Part shown: piece after piece, positions 25,942-36,552 of the stretch
How the letters are laid out: each line of letters opens with the position of its first letter
How positions within the stretch are numbered: position 1 is the stretch's first letter
Source: an uncultured archaeon
Lineage (GTDB): Archaea; Altiarchaeota; Altiarchaeia; IMC4; QMZM01
Reading direction: 5' to 3'
DNA length: 64,000 nt
Assembly: GCA_964549685.1 (NCBI GenBank)
Contig: CAZJVE010000001.1
Span: forward strand, 19,706-83,705
Position numbers and translations under genes: made by a program
Notes under the pieces: model-generated
What the model was told of the DNA's origin: nothing
Database searches by the model: none
Seen by the model: the letters and a program-made list of their open reading frames with translations, nothing else

Positions 25942-26352
25942 ATGGAAGTCTCTGAAACCAGACTCGGGATTGCAATAGTAGCTGTGTTCGGTTTGGGGAT
26001 TCTGTTCTCCATCCTGAACGGTTACTATATTGAAGACACTGGCGAACCAATCCCCCTGATGGTCTACGGTATGTCCTTCGCCTCCATGGGGGTCGGGGCC
26101 CTGATTATTTTGTTATTTCAATGGAAAATCAGTCAGAATCAATTACATAAAATTCTCAAGGTTCTGCCCGAGGACGAAAAGATAATCCTCGAGCTGCTTG
26201 TAAAGGAGAAGAAGATGGAGCAGACCTATCTGGTTGCTGAAAGCGGGCTGTCGAAGGTGAAGGTCTCGAGAGTCCTGACAAAGCTGGAGCAGCGCGGCAT
26301 CGTTGAAAAGAAACAACTGGGGAATACGAACCTGGTGAAGCTGAGGGTGTAG
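25942..26352 (+). CDS. Membrane-anchored winged-helix (MarR-like) regulator
   Basis: Two TMs, then LPEDEKIILELL..SGLSKVKVSRVLTKLEQRGIVEK..GNTN. Confidence 0.85.
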   Translation: MEVSETRLGIAIVAVFGLGILFSILNGYYIEDTGEPIPLMVYGMSFASMGVGALIILLFQWKISQNQLHKILKVLPEDEKIILELLVKEKKMEQTYLVAESGLSKVKVSRVLTKLEQRGIVEKKQLGNTNLVKLRV

Positions 26353-26369
26353 TGCCTAACTTTTCTTTC

Positions 26370-26540
26370 TCACTTTTTATCCTCAAACAAAAAGTTGAGA
26401 AGTTTTGTTTTGTTGATTAGGAACCAAACTAGCAACAGGAAGATTAGGGCTATGAGAACTATGGTGATAAATATGAATATTCTATATTCCAAGCTCAATG
26501 GAGGGCGAGTATAGAGAAGGTCTTCAAATACCATTTTCAT
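26370..26540 (-). CDS. Small single-TM protein (56 aa)
   Basis: Manual translation: MKMVFEDLLYTRPPLSLEYRIFIFITIVLIALIFLLLVWFLINKTKLLNFLFEDKK. The ATG overlaps the priL stop (TAATG). Confidence 0.55.
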   Translation of the reverse strand: MKMVFEDLLYTRPPLSLEYRIFIFITIVLIALIFLLLVWFLINKTKLLNFLFEDKK

Positions 26541-27517
26541 TAACGCTTCCTCTTCCCCCTAACCCTATCCCTGTAATACTGCAGCGGGTGCTTCACCCCG
26601 CACTCTCTCTTGCACAGCCCGTAGCTCTTTATCTTGGCGCAGGTCGGGCAGGAGTACTTTGTCGTTGACTTTTCTCCTGCAAGGAATTCAAGCTGATACC
26701 TTGTTTTTTCCTCGTCGAATCTGGGGAAGCGGGAGAAGATTTTCACTACCTCGTCGACCGGGAGGCCCAGTCCCACAAAGAATGTTCCCAGGATGAACAT
26801 GGTGTTGTGGGAGGCGTTCCCTGCCTCCAGGCCGGAAACCATGGCTGAGACGCAGGGCGGGATGGCATCCTCTTTGACCCTGTCGACCTTGAAATCGGTG
26901 TGGGGCTGCTGAGTAGAGTTTAACCATTTGGCTGTCTCCCTGAACCAGGGCGGGATTCCTGTGAGCTTTGGGGGCTCCATGATTTTGAGCTTGATAGCCT
27001 CGCGGAGTAGAATGAGTGGCTCGGAATTCCTCAACTCGACCATGCCGGAATCCATGCCCCTGTTCACTAACTTCCAGCCGGGGGAATTCCTTGCAATGTC
27101 CTTTGTCAATTCGAGAAACCGCTGGAAGGGGATTTTGCTGTCCTTTATTTCGAGGTCCATCTCCTTCATTATCCTGCCCAGGACTGCGGGGTCCTCGGAG
27201 CCGAGGAACTGGTGGGCGAGTTCTGCCTCTCCTGCGGCGTATCTTCGTATGATGGTCCGATTCTCTGTAAGGGCTGAGAGAATCCTTGCAACGGCGAAGC
27301 TGAGGATAGATAATTCCCGGGCGATTTTGTTGCTGAGGTTTACGTTAATCCTTCCCTGGATTCCGTCGACCACCCTCTGCTTCCCGAGCTCGTAGCTGCC
27401 GCCGTAGATGGGGTGCTTGTGAATCTCATCGAGAGTCATGTTGAGGGAGGAAACGTGGTCCTTCGCCTGCGGAAGGAATGGATATTTCCCCAGCGCCTCA
27501 ATGCTGAATTCTGCCAT
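26540..27517 (-). CDS. priL: DNA primase large subunit
   Basis: KYPFLPQAK, WKLVNR, PPCV, FDEEKTRYQ, YSCPTC..LC and HPLQYY. Confidence 0.92.
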   Translation of the reverse strand: MAEFSIEALGKYPFLPQAKDHVSSLNMTLDEIHKHPIYGGSYELGKQRVVDGIQGRINVNLSNKIARELSILSFAVARILSALTENRTIIRRYAAGEAELAHQFLGSEDPAVLGRIMKEMDLEIKDSKIPFQRFLELTKDIARNSPGWKLVNRGMDSGMVELRNSEPLILLREAIKLKIMEPPKLTGIPPWFRETAKWLNSTQQPHTDFKVDRVKEDAIPPCVSAMVSGLEAGNASHNTMFILGTFFVGLGLPVDEVVKIFSRFPRFDEEKTRYQLEFLAGEKSTTKYSCPTCAKIKSYGLCKRECGVKHPLQYYRDRVRGKRKR

Positions 27518-27620
27518 GTCCCTATAATTTAGGTTACATCCCGTAAAAAATCAATAAACAGGCAAACCCAGCAAAAATCACAATTTTTAATAGATAAATC
27601 CAAATCTATATTCCTCCAAA

Positions 27621-28067
27621 ATGACAGGGAAGAAGAAGGGTATGGAAGACAATGTCCTGAGGAAGGAGCTGGAAGACTGCAGGGATGAGAATCTCCGGCT
27701 TAGGGCGGAATTCGAGAACTATCAAAAGCAGCTGGACAGGGACAAGGAGCAGTTTGCCGGGTTAGCCAATGAGGGTCTTATCAAGGAGTTGCTTTGTGTG
27801 GTGGATGATTTGGAGAGGGCGGCTGAAAATGGCGACGAAGGAATTGGCTTGATTCATAAAAATTTTCTAAAGGTTCTCGAGGGTAATGGGCTGATGAGGA
27901 TTGATTGTGTCGGAAAAAAATTCGACCCCCACTATCACGAGGCGCTGTGTCAGGAGGATTCAGAGCAGGAGGAGGGCACGGTCCTGGAGGAACTGCAGCC
28001 CGGTTACATGCTCAAGGACAAGGTCATAAGGCATTCAAAGGTCAGGATTGCAAAAAAAGGTGAATAA
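27621..28067 (+). CDS. grpE: Nucleotide exchange factor GrpE
   Basis: [18 protein letters not shown] and [10 protein letters not shown]. Directly upstream of dnaK. Confidence 0.95.
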   Translation: MTGKKKGMEDNVLRKELEDCRDENLRLRAEFENYQKQLDRDKEQFAGLANEGLIKELLCVVDDLERAAENGDEGIGLIHKNFLKVLEGNGLMRIDCVGKKFDPHYHEALCQEDSEQEEGTVLEELQPGYMLKDKVIRHSKVRIAKKGE

Positions 28068-28069
28068 AA

Positions 28070-30049
28070 ATGGCAGAAGAAAAAACAACAAAGGAGAAGA
28101 TTATCGGGATTGATCTTGGGACCAGTAATTCACAGGCTGCTGTGATGATGGGTGGCAAGGCAACGATTATTCCATCGGCTGAAGGCGCGACCTATGCAGG
28201 GAAGATGTTTCCCTCGGTGGTTGCTTTTACAAAAGAGGGTCAGATGCTTGTAGGCGAACCGGCTAGAAGGCAGGCAGTGTCGAATCCTGAGGGTACAATA
28301 ACTGCTGCAAAGAGGAAGATGGGAAGCGGCCATAAGTACAGCGTCAATGGCAAGGATTACACTCCGCAACAGATTTCAGCATTCATTCTGCAGAAGATTA
28401 AGACCGATGCAGGGGCGTTTCTTGGTGAGGGCGTGAAGAAGGCCGTAATAACGGTACCTGCTTATTTCGATGATAACCAGAGGACTGCGACGAAGGATGC
28501 AGGGACTATTGCAGGTTTGGAGGTCGTTAGAATAATAAACGAGCCAACTGCCGCAGCACTTTCCTACGGCCTTGACAGAGCAGAAAAAGAGCAGAAGATA
28601 ATGGTCTTCGACTTTGGAGCAGGGACTCTCGATGTTACGATAATGGAGTTCGGCGAGGGGGTCTTCGAGGTTATCTCAACATCTGGAGATACGCAGCTCG
28701 GCGGAAAGGACATGGACGAGGCCATTGTGAAATGGATTACTGATGAATTCAAGACGGAAAGCGGCGTCGATTTAAGCGCTGATAAGATGGCGACGCAGAG
28801 GGTAGCCGAGGCGGCGGAGAAGGCGAAAATCGAGCTTTCTACTGTCCTGGAGACGGAGATAAATCTGCCATATGTTACTGCCGATGCATCTGGACCAAAG
28901 CATCTCACGAAGAAGGTGACGAGGGCGCAGCTGGAGAAGTTGGTTGGTCCGATAGTCGATAAGTGTAAGAGTTCCATGGAGCAGGCGATGAACGATGCGA
29001 AGCTGGGTAAAGAGGGCATAACGAAGGTGATTCTCGTTGGAGGCCCTACCAGGATGCCAATCGTGCAGAAATTCGTCGAGGACTTTGTTGGAAAGAAGGG
29101 CGAGGGTGGAGTCGACCCCATGGAATGCGTTGCGATGGGAGCTGCGATACAGGGCGGCGTTCTTGCCGGAGAGGTGAAGGATATTGTTCTGCTGGATGTT
29201 ACGCCATTGACCCTGGGAATAGAGACCCTTGGGGCAGTGGCAACAGCACTGATTCCGAGGAATACCACAATCCCGACGAAGAAGAGCCAGATTTTTACCA
29301 CTGCTGCGGATATGCAGACTGCAGTTACAATCAATGTAGTGCAGGGGGAGAGGCCGATGGTTGCTGACAATACGAGTCTGGGGCAGTTCAACCTGGTTGG
29401 AATTCCCCCGGCGCCGAGAGGGGTGCCGCAGGTTGAGGTTACCTTTGATATCGATGCCAACGGAATTCTCAACGTTCATGCAAAGGACCTTGGGACAGGG
29501 AACGAACAGAAGATTACCATCACTGCATCGACGAAGCTGTCTAAAGATGAGATAGACAGGATGATGAAGCAGGCAGAGGAGCACGCGGATGAGGATAAGA
29601 AGAAAAAGGAGGAGATAGAGGTCAGGAATAGTGCGGACTCGATGGTTTATGCTACTGAAAAGACGCTGTCCGAGATGGGTGACAAGGTTGCTAGTGAGCA
29701 GAAGGAAAAGATTGATGGTGCATTGAAAGCCCTGAAGGAGGCGCTTGCAGGGACAGATAATGAGGCCATAAAGGCAAAGACCGAGGAGCTGAGCAAGGTC
29801 TTGCAAGAGGTTGGAGCTTCGATTTATCAACAGGCCCAGGCCGCGCAGCAGGCCCAGCAGCAGGCTCAGGGTGGACAGCAGGCTGGTGGAGAGCAGACAA
29901 CCACCGAGCAGGGCGAAGAGGTGGTCGACGCTGACTACACGGTGGTGGACGAAGAGAAGAAAGAGGGCGAAGGTGCGCAGGCCGGAGAGGGTACAGGGAC
30001 CCAGGCAGGAGAGCAGACAGATAACCAGACAGAAGCGCCCAAGGAATGA
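28070..30049 (+). CDS. dnaK: Chaperone DnaK (Hsp70)
   Basis: [33 protein letters not shown] and [11 protein letters not shown]-rich tail. Confidence 0.98.
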   Translation: MAEEKTTKEKIIGIDLGTSNSQAAVMMGGKATIIPSAEGATYAGKMFPSVVAFTKEGQMLVGEPARRQAVSNPEGTITAAKRKMGSGHKYSVNGKDYTPQQISAFILQKIKTDAGAFLGEGVKKAVITVPAYFDDNQRTATKDAGTIAGLEVVRIINEPTAAALSYGLDRAEKEQKIMVFDFGAGTLDVTIMEFGEGVFEVISTSGDTQLGGKDMDEAIVKWITDEFKTESGVDLSADKMATQRVAEAAEKAKIELSTVLETEINLPYVTADASGPKHLTKKVTRAQLEKLVGPIVDKCKSSMEQAMNDAKLGKEGITKVILVGGPTRMPIVQKFVEDFVGKKGEGGVDPMECVAMGAAIQGGVLAGEVKDIVLLDVTPLTLGIETLGAVATALIPRNTTIPTKKSQIFTTAADMQTAVTINVVQGERPMVADNTSLGQFNLVGIPPAPRGVPQVEVTFDIDANGILNVHAKDLGTGNEQKITITASTKLSKDEIDRMMKQAEEHADEDKKKKEEIEVRNSADSMVYATEKTLSEMGDKVASEQKEKIDGALKALKEALAGTDNEAIKAKTEELSKVLQEVGASIYQQAQAAQQAQQQAQGGQQAGGEQTTTEQGEEVVDADYTVVDEEKKEGEGAQAGEGTGTQAGEQTDNQTEAPKE

Positions 30050-31251
30050 ATTCCCTCATCACCGAGACCCCGGAATTCCAGCAGCTGGTGACCTTCGAGC
30101 TGTGTAAGAGAAGGCCAATCTACAACTGGTTCTACTACAAGGAGGGCTTTGCCCCCGAGCTGGTGTGGGAGCTGCTTGAGAGGTTTGAGGTTCCGAAAGG
30201 AGCGACTGTTCTGGACCCGTTCTGCGGGACCGGGACTTCTTTGCTTGCGGCTGCGCAGAAGGGATATAATGCGGTGGGCTTTGACATTACGCCGCTTGCT
30301 GTTTTTGTTTCCAATACTAAATTGCAGCAGGGCTATGACCTCAAGCTGCTGAAGGAGGAGATTGACAAAATTTCACAGCTGAAGTTCGGGGATACAAAGC
30401 TCAAGTGGCCCGACCTCGGATTCATCGAGATAAGGAAGGCGTTCAGTAGGTATGCGAGAAACGATTTGCTTTTCTTCAAGGAGAAGATTCTTGAGATAAA
30501 TGATGAAAAAATAAGGAATTTTCTGTTTCTGGGGTTGCTGAGCATTGTGATGGAGTCCAGCAACGTCAAAAGGGACGGCGGGGTTCTCAGGGTTGTGAAG
30601 AAGAGGCATCTTCCGCCAGTAAGAAAGCTGCTGAGGAACAGGCTGAAGAGGATGTACAAGGACCTGGTGAAGGGCGAGGAATTCCTCGGGGGAATTCATG
30701 CTGAAGCCAGGTTGGGGGATTCCAGAAATTTGCCCTTGGACAAAGATAGTGTAGAATTTTGTATTACCTCTCCACCGTATCTGAACTGGGTTGATTATAC
30801 CAAGATTTACGCGCTGGAGATGGCGCTGCTCATGGACGCAGATGAGATAAAGAGGGCGCGTTCCGATTCGCTGCGCTCATACATCGGGGCGAAGGAGCCT
30901 AAGGACTTCAAGGTTGAGTCAAAGCACCTCAACGAGCTGTTCGGGAAGCTGGAAGAGCTGCCTGAATCCAGCAAACCTCCCGCGATAATGAGGGGCTACT
31001 TCGAGGACCTCTTTATGAACCTCGAATCCATTTATAATTCATTGAAGCCGGAAGGGAAGGCCGCGATAGTCATAGGAAATTCCTGTCTTCCTAATTTAGA
31101 TATAAACTCAGACCTTATCCTTGCGGAGATGGGAGAGGGAATCGGATTTGAGGTGGAGGGGGTTTGGTCTTCCAATACGAGGGTTTGCAAATTCCCAGGC
31201 ATGAAGACCAGCAGGCCGGTGAGGGAGAGCATCGTTATCCTGAAAAAATGA
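30046..31251 (+). CDS. Amino (N4-C/N6-A) DNA methyltransferase, orphan
   Basis: WFYYKEGF, motif [10 protein letters not shown] and motif IV ITSPPY. ATGA overlaps with both dnaK and dnaJ. Confidence 0.88.
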   Translation: MNSLITETPEFQQLVTFELCKRRPIYNWFYYKEGFAPELVWELLERFEVPKGATVLDPFCGTGTSLLAAAQKGYNAVGFDITPLAVFVSNTKLQQGYDLKLLKEEIDKISQLKFGDTKLKWPDLGFIEIRKAFSRYARNDLLFFKEKILEINDEKIRNFLFLGLLSIVMESSNVKRDGGVLRVVKKRHLPPVRKLLRNRLKRMYKDLVKGEEFLGGIHAEARLGDSRNLPLDKDSVEFCITSPPYLNWVDYTKIYALEMALLMDADEIKRARSDSLRSYIGAKEPKDFKVESKHLNELFGKLEELPESSKPPAIMRGYFEDLFMNLESIYNSLKPEGKAAIVIGNSCLPNLDINSDLILAEMGEGIGFEVEGVWSSNTRVCKFPGMKTSRPVRESIVILKK

Positions 31252-32384
31252 CAAAGAGAGATTATTACGAGGTTCTTGGCATCGGGAAGAATGCCGGTAA
31301 AGGGGAAATAAAGAAGGCCTACAGAAAGCTGGCCAGGAAGTATCATCCAGATGTTAATAAGGATGCCGGTGCTGAGAATAAATTCAAGGAGGTGTCTGAG
31401 GCATATGAGGTTCTGGCTGACGATAACAAGAAGGCGAACTATGACAGGTTCGGCCATGCGGGAGCGCAGGCAGGATTCAGCGGTGGCGGATTCTCGTGGA
31501 ATGATTTCAGCCACTTCGATGATATCTCTGACATATTCGGAAGGGACTTCTTCGGCAGGGATATATTCGACGTGTTCTTTGGGGGGCAGGGTAGGAGAAG
31601 GGGCTCCAGTGCAAGGAGGGGCTCGGATGTCAGATATGACATGGAAATAGACCTGGAGGAGGCCGCGTTTGGAGCTGAAAGGGAAATATCGGTAAGAAGG
31701 AATGAGACCTGCGATGACTGCAAGGGCTCAGGGGCAAAGTCAGCATCTGATATAGTTAGCTGTCCGTCATGCAATGGGGCCGGGCAGCTCAAGCAGGCCA
31801 GGAGGACTCCGTTCGGGCAGTTCGTTACCGTAACAGCGTGCAATGAGTGTAAGGGTAGGGGTAGAATCATAAAGAAGCCCTGCACCAGGTGCGAGGGTAC
31901 GGGGAGAAAATCAAGGAGTAGAAAAATATCGGTAAAGATTCCCGCCGGGGTTGAGTCCGGCTCGTATCTGAGGCTTCACGAGGAGGGCGATTCAGGGGTA
32001 AAGGGCGGCTCTTCCGGCGATTTGTATGTTGTGATTCACGTAAAGCCGCATAATGAATTCATGAGAGAAGGTAGCGATATAGTGTATGAGTTACCCATAA
32101 GCTTTTCGCAGGCTGCCCTTGGCGATGAAGTAGAGGTTCCAACGCTGAGGGAAAGGGTAACGATGAGGATTCCTGCCGGGACGCAGACAGGGACTCTCTT
32201 CAAGCTGAAGGGCGAGGGGATTCAGAAGCTGCATGGGAGAGGTAGGGGGGATGAGCTTGTCAGGGTCAGGGTTGTGACTCCGGATAAATTGAGTAAAAGA
32301 GATAAGGAGCTCTTCAGGGAACTGGTGGGGGAAAAAGGCGGTAAGGGTGTTGTCGAGAGCATAAAGGAGAAACTTAACGTTTAG
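31248..32384 (+). CDS. dnaJ: Chaperone DnaJ
   Basis: [16 protein letters not shown] region and four CxxCxGxG repeats. The start is trimmed to 31248. Confidence 0.97.
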   Translation: MTKRDYYEVLGIGKNAGKGEIKKAYRKLARKYHPDVNKDAGAENKFKEVSEAYEVLADDNKKANYDRFGHAGAQAGFSGGGFSWNDFSHFDDISDIFGRDFFGRDIFDVFFGGQGRRRGSSARRGSDVRYDMEIDLEEAAFGAEREISVRRNETCDDCKGSGAKSASDIVSCPSCNGAGQLKQARRTPFGQFVTVTACNECKGRGRIIKKPCTRCEGTGRKSRSRKISVKIPAGVESGSYLRLHEEGDSGVKGGSSGDLYVVIHVKPHNEFMREGSDIVYELPISFSQAALGDEVEVPTLRERVTMRIPAGTQTGTLFKLKGEGIQKLHGRGRGDELVRVRVVTPDKLSKRDKELFRELVGEKGGKGVVESIKEKLNV

Positions 32385-32408
32385 TATGCAGAATAATTAA
32401 TAAGAAGA

Positions 32409-32576
32409 ATGTCACTCAGGGAGAACAAGAAGGAAAGGGGGAAGAGGACGGATAAGGAGAACAGGATAATCATGATTGCGATTGTCGCGGCAATCCTATT
32501 GTTTATCCTGTGGTGGCTCTATGGCTACCACTTTGTCGTTGTTCCTTCGGGAGAACTGAGTTTTAGAGCGCCGTGA
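32409..32576 (+). CDS. Small single-TM protein (55 aa)
   Basis: Manual translation: MSLRENKKERGKRTDKENRIIMIAIVAAILLFILWWLYGYHFVVVPSGELSFRAP. It fills the gap after dnaJ. Confidence 0.55.
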   Translation: MSLRENKKERGKRTDKENRIIMIAIVAAILLFILWWLYGYHFVVVPSGELSFRAP

Positions 32577-32578
32577 TT

Positions 32579-33274
32579 TTACAGATATCTGGCTACGAAA
32601 GTCAGGAGTGCCTTCTTTAGTAGTGGTGCTGATAATAGCAGGGAGAGAACGATTTCTGTTGTGCCTGCTCCGGTTAGGAGGAAGTGTACCGTGGAGGGTA
32701 TCGCTCCACCGCCTATGAGAGTGGTGAGCTTTGCCGGATACCTTCCATAGAGAATCAGGATTAGGCCCCAGAGGGACGCTGCGAAAAAGATGACAGACAT
32801 TGCGTGTCCGATTTGTTCGGTGAATTTTCCGATTTCGTATGAATTCTCTACAACTCCAAGGCCTCTGAATATTACGCTCCAGTCGTGCGATTCCCTTGTC
32901 AGTGGCATGTTCAAAAAGCCCGTGCCAGAGGGGTTTTCCGCCGACTGCATGTAGACTCCGTTGTTCTGTATGCTCATCCCGGCGCACATCAGGAGGATGA
33001 TGCCTGCCAGATAAATCTCTTTCTTCCTGAAGCAGATTAGCGCAGGGACTGCTGTGAAAAGGAGCTCGTTCAGCATGCCTCCAAAGGAGCAGAGCATCCT
33101 GCTTCCAAAGATGCAGAAAAATCCATGGCCTGCTTCGTGGACCCATACTATGACTAGCATGTAGAAGAGATTCATCGGGAGGCCGACTATGATGGCGAAG
33201 ATTGCCGGGACTATGAAACTCAGAAAGAGCATTCCGTTCAGCAGCTTGTATTCCTCGGCTTTTTTCCCTTTCAC
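32579..33274 (-). CDS. Membrane protein with HExxH motif (M50-like peptidase)
   Basis: VHEAGH within a hydrophobic segment, downstream HDW and multiple TMs. Confidence 0.6.
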   Translation of the reverse strand: MKGKKAEEYKLLNGMLFLSFIVPAIFAIIVGLPMNLFYMLVIVWVHEAGHGFFCIFGSRMLCSFGGMLNELLFTAVPALICFRKKEIYLAGIILLMCAGMSIQNNGVYMQSAENPSGTGFLNMPLTRESHDWSVIFRGLGVVENSYEIGKFTEQIGHAMSVIFFAASLWGLILILYGRYPAKLTTLIGGGAIPSTVHFLLTGAGTTEIVLSLLLSAPLLKKALLTFVARYL

Positions 33275-33307
33275 ATTATTTATTGGAGAAGGGAATAAAA
33301 TTAATTC

Positions 33308-33937
33308 ATGGTGATAAAATCAAAGTTCGAAACTGATGAGATTTCGACGAGGATAGGGCTGATATTCTCGGAGTTCGGTCTCTCTCCCGACGCATGGACC
33401 CTCCTTTCACTGGTCCCTGCCGTGCTTGGGTTTTTTGCCCTGGTCAATAAAGACCTTCCTCTCGCTCTGGTGTTGTTCCTTCTTTCAGGCTTTCTGGATG
33501 CGGTGGATGGGGCGGTTGCGAAATTTACCGGGACTGCCACGGCGTTTGGGGCCTTTCTTGACGGAGTGGTAGACAGGTATGTGGAGATCCTTCTCTATCT
33601 TGGTCTGCTGTCCTACGGGATTGGTTCAGTGTGGATAGCTGGCTCCATATGGATAGACGGCTCGGCATTGATAGCCGTCCTTATCTTTGGAGCTATGATG
33701 ACCTCCTATATGAGGGCCTATGCAGACCATAGGGGGGTGGTTACAGAACCGCACAGGCACAAGGAGATGGGTGGTCTCTTGGAGAGGCCGGAAAGATTAT
33801 CTCTCATCTATCTGGGGATGTTCCTTGCCAATTATTATCAGCCAGACTTCCTCCAGTTCTCCGTAATCATGGCAGGAATTCTTGCCAATCTCACAGCAAT
33901 CCAGAGATTTTACTATGTTGTGGAAAATGCTAGGTAG
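33308..33937 (+). CDS. CDP-alcohol phosphatidyltransferase
   Basis: DAVDGAVAK...FGAFLDGVVDR signature, SYMRA and GGLLERPER. Confidence 0.92.
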   Translation: MVIKSKFETDEISTRIGLIFSEFGLSPDAWTLLSLVPAVLGFFALVNKDLPLALVLFLLSGFLDAVDGAVAKFTGTATAFGAFLDGVVDRYVEILLYLGLLSYGIGSVWIAGSIWIDGSALIAVLIFGAMMTSYMRAYADHRGVVTEPHRHKEMGGLLERPERLSLIYLGMFLANYYQPDFLQFSVIMAGILANLTAIQRFYYVVENAR

Positions 33938-33975
33938 CATAGGCATATTTATAAATCGCCTCCCATTACCTATTT

Positions 33976-34443
33976 ATGACTGATTCTTTCAGCCCGGAGA
34001 AGCTTAATCCAAATCAACTCTCAAGGAAGCTGTTGGAAAAGCACAGGAGAATGTTCGATGACTATCATAGGGAATTCGAGATAAGACAGAAGGTGTCCGT
34101 ATTGAGCGAAAAGGGAGATCTCCTGGAGCACTGGATAAAATCCGCAGAAGAGGATGGTTCCAACGACTACGAGAAGTACAAGAAGGACAAGGAGATGGTC
34201 GGCCGGGAGATATCATCACTGGTTAGTGAGCTCCGGGACATGAGTCTTCAGGACGTAAAGAGTGAATCAAAGGATGAAACAGAGAAAAGATATTCTTTCC
34301 TTGAGGAAAGGATTGGTGCTCATAAGGAAGCGATAGACTATTGGAATGGCAGAGTCAAGGAATTATCCAAAAAGAAAAAGGTTAGTGGGGGCAAAGAAAA
34401 AGGAACAAAGGATTCAAAGAGGAGAAAGGCGAAGAAGAGATGA
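33976..34443 (+). CDS. Hypothetical coiled-coil protein
   Basis: Charged helical ORF with a basic tail, coupled to the next gene. Confidence 0.6.
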   Translation: MTDSFSPEKLNPNQLSRKLLEKHRRMFDDYHREFEIRQKVSVLSEKGDLLEHWIKSAEEDGSNDYEKYKKDKEMVGREISSLVSELRDMSLQDVKSESKDETEKRYSFLEERIGAHKEAIDYWNGRVKELSKKKKVSGGKEKGTKDSKRRKAKKR

Positions 34444-35351
34444 ACGAAAAAGAGCTTAAGAAGAAAATCAACGGGTTGAGGAATGAGATAGACCACAAAA
34501 ACAAAAAGCTAAAGGATATTTATCACGAGCTTGGGTTCCATAGGAGGGATGCCGACACTCTAAGGACGAAAAGAGACCAGTTCAATGAAAAGGCAAAAAA
34601 GCTCAGGCAAGAAGCAAAGTCGTTTGTAGCCAAAAGGGACAAGGTGAACGAGGACATAGGCAAGCTGAAGAATAAAAGAGCTTCTTTTATAGAGAAGATA
34701 AAGACGCTTACGAGAGATATAAAGGAGACAAAAGGCTACAGGGACGAGCTGAACAGGATAGCAAGAGCACCGGATACTCTACTTACTGAGATTTACCATA
34801 GAGATATTGAAAAGCTACTGGAGAAGGACATGCCTATAGAGGATGAAATAAGGCTGTTCGACAAGATATTCGAGGTGAAGGACCGCCTTCTGGCTGCAAA
34901 GAAGGCCGACACGGTTCATGGAAAGGTCTCTTCAACCTACGAGGAGGTCAAGAAACTGAACCTGAACATAGACAAGATTAACGAGTCCATCCAGTCTCTT
35001 GCAGAGGAATCGCAGGAGAACCACCAGAGGGCAATGAGTATCTACAAGGAGATAGACGTCATCTCTGAAGAGTCAACCCAGTCACACAAGAAACTGGTGG
35101 AGAAATACGAGCTGATGAACCCCCTTAGAGACCAGATAGGTTCAATGAAGGAGGAGATTAAGGGCGTTCAGGAGAAACTGGCCCCCTTCGTCGAGGAATG
35201 GGAGAAGATAAGGCACGAAAGGGAGGAGCGGAAGAAGAGCCAGGACGCGCTTAAGGCAAAGGAGAAGCTGCATAGCAAGAAGAGGATAAGCATAGACGAC
35301 TTCAGAGTGCTTTTGGAGAAGAACGAGCTTGAGCTGCCGGTTGCCGAATGA
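34440..35351 (+). CDS. Archaeal coiled-coil protein (COG1340-like)
   Basis: Heptad-rich, with recurring KRDxxN motifs and C-terminal KRISIDDF. Confidence 0.7.
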   Translation: MNEKELKKKINGLRNEIDHKNKKLKDIYHELGFHRRDADTLRTKRDQFNEKAKKLRQEAKSFVAKRDKVNEDIGKLKNKRASFIEKIKTLTRDIKETKGYRDELNRIARAPDTLLTEIYHRDIEKLLEKDMPIEDEIRLFDKIFEVKDRLLAAKKADTVHGKVSSTYEEVKKLNLNIDKINESIQSLAEESQENHQRAMSIYKEIDVISEESTQSHKKLVEKYELMNPLRDQIGSMKEEIKGVQEKLAPFVEEWEKIRHEREERKKSQDALKAKEKLHSKKRISIDDFRVLLEKNELELPVAE

Positions 35352-36494
35352 TTATCCCTTAATGAATTCTATTTCTTCTGAATTGAGGCCGTATTCTTTC
35401 ACTAGTTCTTCCTCGCTCAGTTTGTTCTTCCTGAGCATTGTCTGGAGTAGAGGTATGTACTGCTGTGCTATGACCTTCCCGGACGCATGGAACTCGGGGG
35501 AGAGCTTCCCCGCTATTGACTTCTTCATTGCTCTTTCCTTCTTCGTATGGCCCAGCTTTGCGAAATACAACGGAAACTGATACCTTGTGAAATTCACTTT
35601 CTGATTCTTGGATATGTTTACTCCCCCAGTCATCAGGGGCGTCACGTATCTCAGGAAACCCCAGTACTGCCTCCTGATGATTCTTCCAAGGAAGACATCT
35701 GCCCTTGAGACGTAGTGATATGCCTTGGCTATCTCCTCTTTGCTCCTGTATATCCTCGGGAGGTTCTCGTCTATCCACAGGAGGACATCCCTTGGCTGCT
35801 CGTTCAGGTTCCAGGTGGATTGAATAGCTTGTTTGAAGTCGCTTTTTGTAAGGACCTTGCTCAGGACTTCATAGATGTCGGTCGTCCTGTCCCTGGGGCT
35901 GAGGAGTTCAAGATCCTTTTCTTCTATTCTTTGCTTGCCCATGCCAACGGTCTGTAGGTCATTTATGGCCGACCTTATATCTCCACCGGAATTCTCGGCA
36001 ATCCTCAGGAGAATCTCCTTGTCTGCATGGATTCCCTCCTTCTCACATATCGCCTCCAGCATATTCCTTATCGTCGCCGCCATTGGCTTTCTGAACTGGA
36101 GCTTCTCGCAGGATTTTTTTATTGTCTTGAGCCTTCTTGATGAGAAATCCGAGGTTATGAGGATGGTGGGGTTCCTTGTCTTTTCCAGCAGTAGGGGGAC
36201 CTTCTTTATGTTGCCAATCTTCTCTACGTGGTCTATCAGGATAAGTTTCTTTCCCCCGAAGATGCTTGAGCTCTGTGATGCAATTATCGCGGAATCCAGG
36301 TTCTCGTTCCTTACACGGAGTATCTCAAGTTCAAGCTCCTTTGCTATAGCCTCCGCAAAGGCTGTCTTTCCCACTCCAGTCGAGCCGTGAATCAGCAATG
36401 GCTTTTTCCAGCCGTAACTTCTTATGTCCTGAATCAGCTTCTGATTCCCAACGAACTCGTGAAAATTCCTTGGTTTGTATTTTTCCGACCACAT
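35352..36494 (-). CDS. rfcL: Replication factor C large subunit
   Basis: WSEKYKP, GSTGVGKT, GDIRSAINDLQ, WIDENLP and SRADVFLGRI. Confidence 0.92.
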   Translation of the reverse strand: MWSEKYKPRNFHEFVGNQKLIQDIRSYGWKKPLLIHGSTGVGKTAFAEAIAKELELEILRVRNENLDSAIIASQSSSIFGGKKLILIDHVEKIGNIKKVPLLLEKTRNPTILITSDFSSRRLKTIKKSCEKLQFRKPMAATIRNMLEAICEKEGIHADKEILLRIAENSGGDIRSAINDLQTVGMGKQRIEEKDLELLSPRDRTTDIYEVLSKVLTKSDFKQAIQSTWNLNEQPRDVLLWIDENLPRIYRSKEEIAKAYHYVSRADVFLGRIIRRQYWGFLRYVTPLMTGGVNISKNQKVNFTRYQFPLYFAKLGHTKKERAMKKSIAGKLSPEFHASGKVIAQQYIPLLQTMLRKNKLSEEELVKEYGLNSEEIEFIKG

Positions 36495-36552
36495 ATTCAG
36501 ATGATTAGGTTTTTATATGTAAAACTATTAAGTAGTATTAACGATTACTGAA

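Noticed and set aside
28564-29830. Long antisense ORFs (302 and 352 aa) opposite dnaK
   Set aside because: No recognisable motifs. Long antisense frames opposite Hsp70 genes are a known codon-pattern by-product.
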